A stretch of 37,134 nt of DNA from Halocafeteria seosinensis (lineage: Eukaryota): contig LVLI01000255.1 in assembly GCA_001687465.1 (NCBI GenBank), forward strand, positions 62,001-99,134, in the 5' to 3' direction. The notes below the pieces were generated by a model. It was not told the DNA's origin. It did no database searches and worked only from the letters and a program-made list of their open reading frames with translations. The translations under genes were made by a program, and so were the position numbers. Shown piece after piece: positions 23,201-35,200 of the stretch (position 1 is its first letter; every line of letters starts with the position of its first letter).

Positions 23201-26200
23201 GTACCTTCCAGTGCTAGAGCTATCAGCGCTTGTACCGGAGAGATTTATTTGCCCATTCAGACACGCAGTCCCTACCACAGTCATTTGCAAAGATGACCCT
23301 CCTTTTCCTCCATGTTCAGAAGAGCACCCTCCACTTCCAGGAGTACTAGGGGATATGGCATTCCCGTAGGTAACCCGAAGAACTACTGAAGAGTGAGTAG
23401 TGTTCCAGGTTCCCATGCCACCATGTGACCCACCCGTCATCTTCCTTTCCGTTCTTTCAAGAACAGCGGGACTTCCAGGACCATCACACGGTCCGTATCC
23501 ACGGCCTTCTCCATCTATATAGGTCTCTGTCCCCATATCGAAACGTTCCGTGATGACTCGCGACGTGCCCTGTATCACTAAAACCGATTCATCCAGGATG
23601 TCAATCGCCATACTGAAATTGAGGACATTATTTTGGCCAATCTTCAAGAGAGGTTCGTGCTTCAGAACCATAGCTACCCCTTGTATATAAATATTGCGGG
23701 TAGTGCTTGCATCCATCCTGGCCATGCGTGAGAGCTCAAAATGAGACGCAACAACGTTTGCCGTATTGAGGGCTTTGATGTCGACGAAGCTTTGGCCCAC
23801 TATGTAAAACTCTTCAATTCTCAGCTGTGTCTCATGTCCGTACTGCAGAGAAAATACAGAACTATTGCCCAATATCAAAGATCGAGCATGTAGTTGCGCA
23901 ATCGCTGACTGGGTGACATTTACTAAACCATTGTCCTTGATGAGTATTGTGGTTACGTCTATGTTTAAGTCTTCTATCTGTTCAAGGTTATACTGCGCAG
24001 ACTCTAGCACGGTTATGTTCCCACCTGATACGCGTGCTGTCGTTGGCCCGACATAATCCATTGTACTCCTGTCACGAAGGTAGACTGCGTCTAGATTCAT
24101 TTGCAAGTGATCGGAGCTCTGTACACAAAAGCTAGATTCGTTCATCAAGTCCAGAGTATTGGTATATACGGTTACGTTCTTCGCGTTAACAACGTCAACA
24201 AGTCCATCGCCGTCTGCAGATATGAACATTGCATACAACGTAAAGCGATGAGTTCCGTATGCTTTAAACCGGGAAGACAAGCCAAGTGATAGGGTATCTG
24301 CTGAGACTTCGGCGGTAGTCGGCCTGCTAAAATCGGTAATAGCGCTGTCATCCAGTGATAATGACTCCATATCCAATTGTACATCCCCAGCATCGTCGAG
24401 CCTAACTAGGGCGTGTCCGGTCAATGTGAAATTCTTTGATAGTATCCGGGAGAATGCTGAGGAGCCAATGGTCAACTTCCCCTCATCGCTTACCACAATA
24501 GAATGCGAATAAAGCTGTGTTACCTCCTTCACATTCTTTACGCTAAATTGACACTGACCTACTAGTGTTATGTTTTCGGCGGATATGTCCGCGACCACAG
24601 TTTTTGAGATGTCGACCGTCGCCTCCTCAGAGACAAAAAACGAATGCGCGTCTACTTGTATCTCTTTGATATTTTTGAGAGCGAAACGCGCTTTCCCCAT
24701 GATGGCCAGGTTCTCTGTTGAGAGTTGAACATCTGTTGATGCGGATATCTCGAGAATACTATCATCAGTTAGAGAGACCAAATTAGCCAGCACTTGTAGT
24801 TTCGATGCATTTTTCACGGTGAACCTGGATGAGTCAATCAGTCTTAAGAATGTTACTTTATACCATCCGTCGCTAGGACTCAGGGCGTGAATTACCTCGA
24901 AATGGGCAGCCGAGCGCAAGCTGAGTCCCTCTATACCATCGAATACACCACGGACGGTAACATGTGTACCCGGAAGTACAACGTTGCTCATGGATGCACA
25001 GACCAGAGCACCTTCGTTGAAAATCACAACGTTGGCCCCCATGACAAAGTTATCAGGTGTGTTCAAATTGGCTGTAAATGTGCGCCATTGAGCTTCGGAG
25101 GGGGTTAGCAGTGATGAGCCGTGGAGTCGTAACAGGATATCATCTGCGATTCCTAAATGACCGGTTTTGTCTCCTTCTAGATTGGATGCATTGATTTTCC
25201 ATCTGAACTTGCTTCTCGGATCCAAACAGAAGAAAAGCCTTGCCCCTGAAACTAGCCGAATGCGATGCAAGTGGAACGTTTGTGGGCGTCGAAAGACAAA
25301 AGTGCTTCCGGAATAAGAAACCTCTTCATTGTCATTGTGATTGTCTACAATCAAGACTCCCGTCTGAGGACCACACTGAAGATACAGACTTCCAGCACCA
25401 GAAGCTCTCCTACCATCATCTGTTACTCCTCCACGAGCATCAAGACGAGAATATTCCGGGCATTCTCCACTTGTTTCTTGATCCCCAAAGGATTCGAAGA
25501 TAATAGCAATTCTACCACCACCACCTCCCGGACACTTGTCTGCCGAACAGGATCCATCGCCCGCCCCTCCAGCGGCGTTTACGGCACCCTCGAAAGATCT
25601 TAACCAAGTTGTTCTTAACTGGAAGCTCCCTCCTGCCCCACCACTGCACGGAATGGAAAGTATTGTTTCATTTCTACACCTACTGTACTCAGTATATAAG
25701 GCATAATCTTCTTACCTTGCAGAAGTGACACCCGAGCTCCCTCCCACGTCTACTCGCCCATTCAATTCAGCAACTTCATCAATTGTCATATCTATCGCTG
25801 CCCCACCGGCTCCACCGCCTGTCGACGGACAGCCGCCACTGCCTGGCAAAGTTGGATAAACTGAGTCGTCATAGGCTGTAGCCTGACCAGTTGCTACACT
25901 AACGTCTAGCCAATTTCCAATACCGCCATGGGAGCCTCCACCTAAAGCCGAAATACCAGGTCCTGAACATGATCTATAACCACGTCCTTGACCGTTGACG
26001 TACACACCATTTCCAATGAAAAGTTGCTTCGAGTATATGCTCAGCTGCCAATCAATTCTCACACTAGATTCATCCATAAGGCGAATACTCTCATCGAAGA
26101 CAGCTTTCGTGCGCACTGCACCAAATGCTGCAGTTGCATCATTTCTTAGTGTCCAAACGTTTCCTCTCAAGGTAGCATTTCCGTACGTTGAAAGACTCAT

Positions 26201-29200
26201 CGCTGCAGACTCCGAAATCTTCAGGGTGGTGACTCTCAGCTCGACCCCTTCCTCCGCGTCGAGTGCAATCTTAGAACCATCAGTAAGACTCAGAAGGTTT
26301 GCGCTGATCTGTATCTCCTGCATTCTGGTGATTTTAAAGACACTGTCATCCGATATATCCATAAACCCCAGATTCCAGTGACTTGCTTCCAGCTGGCCAC
26401 CGACGGCATGAAACTTTGCCATGTCGACCAACCGGAGGCTACGAACGCCTTGCCATAAACCTTCAAGTTTAACATCTACCCCAGGTAACTTAACGTCTCT
26501 TGGAATAGGGATTTGCAACCTTCCAAGAGGAAACACTCTGAGATCCAACGCAACATGAAAGCTGCCATTCGACACGCGACCAGCTTCAGTTTGGTCAGAC
26601 ACCTCCACTGAGATGTCGGCAGAGTCGATAGCCGCGTGAATACCATTGCCCACGGCTAAATGGCCTGTAAAATCTGCCTCCAGACGATCGACATTGAGGA
26701 GCGAGGGTGACCTGGTGCGCAAGAAGGGCCCACTAAGGCCCACGAGAAGTCGCGCATTTCCGACTACTCGCAGTGTTCCAAGATTAATGCTATCCTGTCC
26801 CCCCTTTAAGAACGTTGTCCCCTTCCAACTACGCTTTTGGCTGTTTTCGCCGTTATCTATGATTAGAGACTGCCGGTACTCCGTCCCACAGTCTATGTAA
26901 ATTGTCCCCGCCCCCGAGGCGCTTGATCCGAGGGAGCTTAGTCCTCCATACGCCGTGACTCTACTTGAAACCGAATCATTCACTTGTTGTTCTCCATTCG
27001 AATAACAATATATTGCAATTCTGCCCCCACCACCTCCACAGCAACCATTTTCCAACCCTTTTTTGTTGCATACACCGCCATTCCCGCCGTTTGTAGTGAT
27101 AGTACCAGTCGCTGAAACCTGTGTGGCGTTGATTAGAATGCTTCCTCCCGCACCGCCACCATTTCTGTACAACATTAGAAAATATCTAGATGAAGCTTAG
27201 CGTTTGGTGAGCATCATGTACTTACTTATTTAGTGAAGAAGATGTAGCGCTCTGCCCGTCTGCCTTTATGTCCCCACGGACGTTAGCAACCCCTTCAACA
27301 AATAGTTGTATACTAGCACCGCCGTGACCATTAGAATGAGGTCCGCAAGCTCCGCTACCAGGCGCACCAGGACGCAATGCGTCTCCATAAGTTAGCAGTG
27401 ACACTTCGTCCGCATCTACGTGTTGCCAGGTACCTACGCCTCCATGAGATCCGCCTTTTCCTTCGCCCATTGCAAAGAGACTTGAGTTAGATCCCGGCGT
27501 ACCGGGACCAACACAATTCGGATGTCCTTGCCCTACTCCATCAACCCTAGCGTTCGCATCCACGGAAAATTCTTTTGACTGAAGCACAAAGCGATTGAAT
27601 ACAGAAAGAACGGAGTGATCAAACAATGCGACTTTGTTTGTGAATACAGTCGTAGTTTTCTTGCCATGGAACTCAGCTCTTGCGCTATCCCGCAGCTCCA
27701 AGTCCGTCCCGTCGAATTCAATATGTTCATTCGGGCCAAACATTTTGAACATGGCGTTGCAGGAGACGTTGATGGCATCAACGTTTGATATTGGTGAAAC
27801 AGCCGGTGATGATTCATCGACTCGTACTTTGCCACGAGACGAAATGGTCAATACTCTAACCCCTTTTAGTTTTCCTTGTAAACGCAAAATTGAGTCGGGA
27901 ACCTGAAGTTCTGTCGTTGCAAGATCAACTACACCGTGTGGTTTCACATCGATGTTAATACCCAGCACAGAGCTGTCTGCAAAATTGTGATCAATCCGAG
28001 AGCAACTGGTCTCATCGATGCTTAACGTATTAATTGTGTGTACTGCCAGAAGTTGACCGTTATCAACGACCAACTTGGAAGTTAAATCACCTTCTAGATG
28101 TTGCAGGGAAAGCGTAGAGTTCGTAGCGTTTAGGTGCCATTGCTTCGGGAGCCAATGGACTCTGGAAAACTCAACAGCCCTTAATGTCTGCAGAGCGACA
28201 TATGGACGTTCGCTAACTAGGAAAGTATTACCGTAATAGCTTGCCTGTGGCGAGTCGCTGCTGTAGCCGTTTCGGATTACTAGCATATCCGCTATCTTCG
28301 TGCCGCAAGAAATGTACGCAGTTCCTGCTCCAGAACGTTTGCCAGAAGCACTTGAACCTCCGCTTGCGTCGAACCACTCGAAACCTAACTCTTCGGAGTT
28401 CCCTCCAAGCCTATCACAATATAATGCAATTCTTCCACCACCACCTCCATTACAATCATCTCCTGTATAGGCGCAATTCTCGTTGCTACGTTCGCAATTA
28501 CACCCCTCTGCATCACCGCCGCCAACGTTCACCGTTCCTTCGAAGGACTCAAGATGGGACGTTTCCAGGAAGAAGCTACCCCCAGCCCCGCCCCCATATC
28601 TGTACGAGAAAAATTTATTCAATTGTACTGTAGGTAAGACAGGATTGTAACATAATATCTAAGCGTACCTTGCAGAATGGTCACTTTTTGCCTTGGCATC
28701 TTCCCCTCGGAGGTGAATACTACCGGCAATCTCGCTGTAGTTGCTTGCTATTACATGCAACGCTGCACCACCTCTCGAAGCCTTTTTGTTTTGGGTGGCT
28801 GTGCACCCGCCGCTTCCGGCGTCCAACGGATAAAATATATCCCCATGTGTCAAAGCTAGTCCGTCCACCTTTTTTACATTCCGCCAGCTCCCGACGCCTC
28901 CATGGGAGCCTCCTGCACCTTCTCTGGTGAAAGAAGAGCCCCCCGGCTTTGGCGATTCACAATCTTCAAATCCACGCCCTACGCCATCTACCTGGACACC
29001 ACCTTCCATTGAATACGTTTCCGTTGCGAATGTGTTACTTCTGGATAGCATCAGCGAGGCACTGTTCCGCAATGCAATTTGTCGGCTAGCTGTTATATTG
29101 GTCTCGACAGCAATAAATCGGGCCGACGCAACTCCCGTCACAGAAAAGCTGCGGCAAAACGCATCGAAGGAGTAGCCATTCACTGTAAATGAGGAGGTGT

Positions 29201-32200
29201 CCCCAAATTGTACTGTGCCCGAGAGCCAAATAATTGTACGCGACGTGTGCATGTTGGCAACAGTCGAGCCCTTCAGCACGATATTTCCCCCTCCCCAGAA
29301 CAACGAGTGACCGAAGACGTCGAAGGAAGATTCATCCACTATTTGGACATATTCCGTAAATGTGAGGTTCGTATGATAACTCTGAAATCGTGCAGTTGCA
29401 TCATCACTGAGAAGCAACTGCTGACCGCGGACAGTGGCACTGTTTGCGACCGAGACATCAATTTGAGCAGTATCAGAGATCTGTAAGAAATACACCGCAA
29501 GCTCTACATCCTCAGAGGGAGGGTGGACACGGAACATTGCTCCTTTCCAAAAGCTCAGACCTCTAACACCTTCTAAAGAGCCACTGAGCTCCAATTTGAT
29601 ATGGGGACAGTGGACATCAAGCTGGTCTGGAACACCGAACACAGCCCCGTACGCCACCTTAAGACTGACAGCTAAGAGGAATTGCTCAGCGTTAATAAAT
29701 GAGAAGTCTGATGTAAGATGCTCTAAGGCAGCAGAAGAATTTATCATGACCGCATCTCCGACGCTGACTATCCACTGTCCAGTGAAATCGCCTTCGAGAT
29801 GCCCTATGTATGCTCTTCGGGCTGAGGACTCTGCGCTCCACCTCACCCGCGCTCCTCCTAAGACTTGAACTACTTTGAGTGTATCGTGTTGCCCCAGGTA
29901 GGTTATTCCCGACCAGTGACCCCGACCAACACCATGACTCTTACCGTTATCTACAGTCAAGGTGCTCGGATTACTATACCGGTTCTTGTGTGATATGAAG
30001 ACGGTCCCAGCTCCTGAAGGGTAGCCGTGCGCTTTAGCCCGATCAACTCTTGGTAGTTCCGTCTTATTTGCACCATAATCATGGAAGCGGAGGGCAACGC
30101 GACCGCCGCCTCCTCTCTCTGCACCATGCCCTCCCTCTGCAATAACGATGGAAGTGAGCGACTTGAGCCACCGTGTCTCGAGAAGGACACTGCCTCCTGA
30201 TCCTCCACCAGAGCTGCGCCGTGAAAAACGTAGACACACCGTTCGATCAATGATAAGATTTGGGTACAAGAATATTAGGAAACATACCTGCCATCTCCTG
30301 CGTCGCCGCCTTGAACGCTTATGTTTCCAACGACGTCAGCGCTCTGGTTTGCAATGATGTGCACACTCGCACCTCCTTTACCTCCATTGTCGTTGCCACA
30401 TCCTCCACTCCCCGGGATAACGGGGTAAAGCGGATCATCGTAAGTAAGAGCTCTACCATGTTGCTCATCGATATCGGTTGCAGTGCCCAGCCCACCATGA
30501 GAACCTCCCATGCCACTCACGGACACATTCATCACGACACTAGCACTCCCAGGCCCATCGCATGGAGGGTACCCTCTGCCGGCACCATCTATCTTGGAGA
30601 AAGCGCCAAGAGAGAAGTGGTCTGTGCTCAAAATGGTTTTCTGGGATATGTAGAGCCTCGAAGAAGTTCCGTTGAGAGAAATTTCGTCGGTCATTTTCAA
30701 ACTAGCTTTTTCGGAGTTAAGATGGACTGCTGAATTGTCGCCCAGAAAGAGTCCAGAACCTGAGATGTTGATCTCTTTAGGGACGGTTAAGAACAGGCGT
30801 GAGCCTCCGTACAGTTTGAGTGTATCTAACTTCTGTTGAACCGAAGACATTGAGGATGGTTCAAACTTGAAACTGGCTCCATTTAAGAGCGATAAACTAC
30901 GCATTCCCAGAAGTTTGCCTATCACATCAACGCTGACACCCGTTACCTCGACGCCACGTGTTTGTGCGATGGAGAACAGCCCCCCATTCTTGACGATGAC
31001 ATTCATGGCTACCGTGCAGTCAGCACTTTCGTTGGGTGATTTCCCTTTATCACCTGGGGGGTGTATCACCGCTAGGACTTGGTTTTTCTCAACTACAATC
31101 GTTCCGCCGGTATCCCCGGGCAAGGAAGCTGCTGATAGGGTGGTGTACCGCAAGACGCTATTGGATTTTTCAGGAGCCCACTTTAGCCTGGCGCCACCTG
31201 CTATGCGCAACGTATCCACTACGAGGGACTCATTCTGGAGCAGTAGCCATGTAGTGGGACTACTTCGCAGATATTCGTTGTCCACAACAAGAGTACTGGG
31301 ATGTTCTGGGCCGCAGGACATATACAATGTTCCAGCCCCCGCTTGGTTCTCTCCACTCCTATCAAGCCCGCCATGTGTTTCAGCCCATCGAACGCCTGGA
31401 TTTTCCTCACTATGAAGCACACTGCAGTACAGTGCGACGCGTCCTCCACCACCGCCTTCGCATACACTGGATCCGTCACCGCCAGAGGCTTTCACGTTTC
31501 CTTTTAGTCCTCTAAGCACTCCTGTTTCCAGGAGGAAACTGCCGCCAGCTCCACCGCCACACCTGGCCGAGAAAAACAAAGTTAAGTTAAGCACGATCAC
31601 AGAGATTGAATCAATACACAAAATGCAACATACCTCGAGGATGAACCACTACCACCACTGCAGTCAATTCCACCCAAAATTGCGGCCTCCCGCGAGATGA
31701 CGTGTATACTGCTGCCTCCGGAACTACTTACACCGCTGCTGCAGCCCCCACCACCTTTGTGAGTCGGATAGAATGGGTTTCCATGCGTGAGAGTTCTAGC
31801 GGCCTCTTCACTCAGACCCTTCCAGCCACCCAGACCTCCGTGAGATCCACCCAGTCCTCTCTCCTCTTCCAAATTGGCATCCATTTGGACAGTTTTGCGG
31901 CCCACACAGGACTGCAAACCACCGCCGCTCCCATCTATAGTCGATCCTCTGTCAACGAAGAAATTGTTACTCTTGAAGATCGACCTGCCGTTGACATCCA
32001 CACGCGACATATCATTCACAGCAATATCTTTATGAAAATCAACATTGTTTTCCCTCGACAGAAAACTTGCGCGCGCGTGGTCTCGCAAGATGAACGAGGC
32101 CCCCTTGAGACTCGTGCGTCGAGGCACATCGAATAATAACTTTGCATCATCAGAAACCTCTAGCATGTCCAGGTCTAGGTTAAAAGAGGGTGTGGACGGA

Positions 32201-35200
32201 TTGACTGTAAAGTTTGTATTTCCTGAAATATTGAGGCTTTTGGTGCCTTGAACGCTGCCTTGAAGGTATACGGTGGAAGCCGTTATCGCAACATCCCCTT
32301 CGGCCTGCAACTTCCCACCTGGTTCTATTTGCAGGTTGACTTCGAGACTGAAGGAACTGTTCGCAAGCGGCATACTAGTGAGAGCCTCGTTTTCATCTAC
32401 ACGGGAAGCACTCGCGATCCTGGCGGTCTGGTTATTCCCAATCGTTAGGAGACCTGTCGAGTCTCCAATGAGATCATCCACTTGTAGAATGGAATCATCC
32501 GCAGTCGGTACCTTTGAGGCCCATCGCACGTTTGCTCTCCCTACCAGACGCATACTATCCACAATCAATCTGTTGTTGTCATGGAGTAGGAATGTCGTGC
32601 CAACTTGCGCCGTCGATTTGGGTATCTCACCGTCTACCGCATTCAGTACGAGGGTGCTCTGAGCTTTTGGCCCACAATCTACGAACACTGTACCCGCCCC
32701 GGACCGTTGAGTACGGCTACTGTCCAAACCGCCCTGGGCTTTTGCCCAGGTAAATGCGGGAGTATCGGCCGAACTAGAATTGGCAAATGCTGGTCCAAAA
32801 GAGGTACAATACAGGGCGATTCGTCCTCCGCCGCCTCCTGCGCAATGCTCACAATCCTTGAAGATACTTCCGTCCCCTCCCTGGGCGATTATTCGACCAT
32901 ATACCGACTTCAGGTGACCAATCTGGAGTGAGACGGAACCACCAGAGCCTCCCCCAGATCTGCAGCCACGAAGCCCTAATACATATTATTGCCGTTTTTA
33001 TGTCATCCGCTATTACTACTTACTTATCCGTTGTTCTTCCATTTGCACCACTGAGGTCAATGTCACCGAAAAGCTCGACTACTTCGGAGGCTAATATTTT
33101 CAGGCTTGCGCCACCGGCAGTTCCCGCACGTCCAGTTGTCGAGCAGCCACCACTTCCTGGTGATGTTGGTTTAAACAAGTCCCCGTAAATAAGGTTTCGT
33201 CCGACATGCTCCTCAAACGCTCCAGACATTCCGATGCCTCCGTGCGATCCACCTATCCCATGCCAGTTGATTGTACGTGCTTGAGTGGGATTACCGGGCC
33301 CGGAACAAGGGCCATATCCTTTACCTATACCTTCTATAAGGCCGTCCGTGCCTATGTAGAGTCTCTTGGCTACTATCGTTGTTTCCCCAGAGAGACCAAG
33401 TGACGACTGGTTGTATATACCCATGTTGTCGGCAAAGGTAAGGTTGGATGTCCTAAACTCCACTTCAACTTTACCTCCGTCCCACAACCTGAGGGAATTC
33501 CCACGCAGCTCCAAATGGCCTGAACCGGACAGTTTCACCACTGAATTGTCTTCCGCAGTCAAGTCATCCAGATCAAGAGTTGTAGACGAACGGCTCGAAG
33601 CATCAAGCACAAAGCGCGCCGTTGATTGCAAGGTTACACTACTTAAGCCTCTTATTTTACCCAAAACAACTACATGAGCACTGGGAATGATGGCCTCCTT
33701 ACCACCTGGTAGCCTCAAGGACCCATCCTGCTCTACCTTCAAATGCACACCTAGCACAAGATCGTCTCCAGAAAACGTTCTATTCATACGGGCCAAAATG
33801 CTGTATGTCTGCTCCAGTGATGACCCACAAATTGTCAGATGCTCGTTGTGTCCAATGGTTAATTGACCCGTCGAGTCACCAATAAGTTGCAAGACAGAGT
33901 GTTCAAAGGTTTGCCCTGGAGTGACCGAGCTCAGTTGAAATCTCCCGTAACGTAAAACTCGAAGCTGGTCAACTTGGAGAACGCTTTTAAGAATGGTTTT
34001 CCCACCCCAGGAATTATCTTCGTCTTCCAACTGGTTATCTATACTTAGGGTGTTGCTCTGCCAAGCTCCACAATCAACGTAGACTGTACCAGCACCGGAA
34101 GCCATGGTCATGGGCGACTGGCTTGGGTATGTAGTGCGGCCACCATTCGCCTGTGCCCATGCATAGCCTAGATAGGGTGCTGAATCAACGTTTCCGCTAA
34201 GGACTTCGCTACTTAAACTTTCGCAATAAAGAGCTATACGTCCACCGCCACCTCCTTCACATCCCGTACCATTGCACCCGTGCACTCCGTCGCCTCCCTT
34301 AACATTGACATTTCCGTCGAACTTTCGGAGTTCTTTGGTGTAAAACAGGAGACTTCCTCCTGCACCGGCACCACCTCTGCAGCAAGAACTACATTGGCGT
34401 CCTTAAAATAAACAATTTGGGCAGGAAAAAGAGTAAAAAACAGCGCAACGTACCTTGAGCCCTCTATCGGCCGTGTGCCTTTCAAGTCTATGTAGCCGCT
34501 AATATCGCTGCGTTCGGTAACAAAGAGTTCTAAACTTGCACCCCCAGTCCCACCACCGTCATCAGGGCAACCTCCACTTCCAAGGGTTCTTGGATAAAAT
34601 GCATCTCCGTAGACCAACTTCTCAGCAAAGTCAAGCGGTCGCCAGCTTCCGATCCCGCCGTGGGAGCCGCCTACACCATTACTCGGCAACTTATTTACTG
34701 ACCGCGGACTTCCTGGCCCTTTACACGCAGTATATCCTTTGCCACCACCGTTTAGCACGGAATCGTTTCCAACACGTAGCTCGTTCGTCATGATTCGGAG
34801 TTGCGAATTCCAAATCAATTCAGAGCTCCCCAGCATCTCCACGTTGCTCTGAACGCTAATGCTATGTTTAACACCACGTAGACTGAGTGTTCCTTGGTCT
34901 CTGAGTTGCCAGACTGTACCATTAAATGCACTTCCTTTCTGGGTGGATACGGAAAAGATGGCTGTATCTAACACTTCCAACGTGCTGAAGCTTGCTTTCA
35001 GATCTTCCTTGACATTAATCGCCAAGACACTTTGGCCAGACAATTCTATTTCAGAGACGTTCCATTCAAGAAAGTCCCATCCACCAGTTTTTAGAGTGGA
35101 ATCTGAAATTCTGAGATAGTGTAAGGTAAAGAAGTTTGTGGTAACTCCCAAAGCAGTGGCGGATCCACTAAGCCTGAAGAAAGATTGAGAGGACATATTC

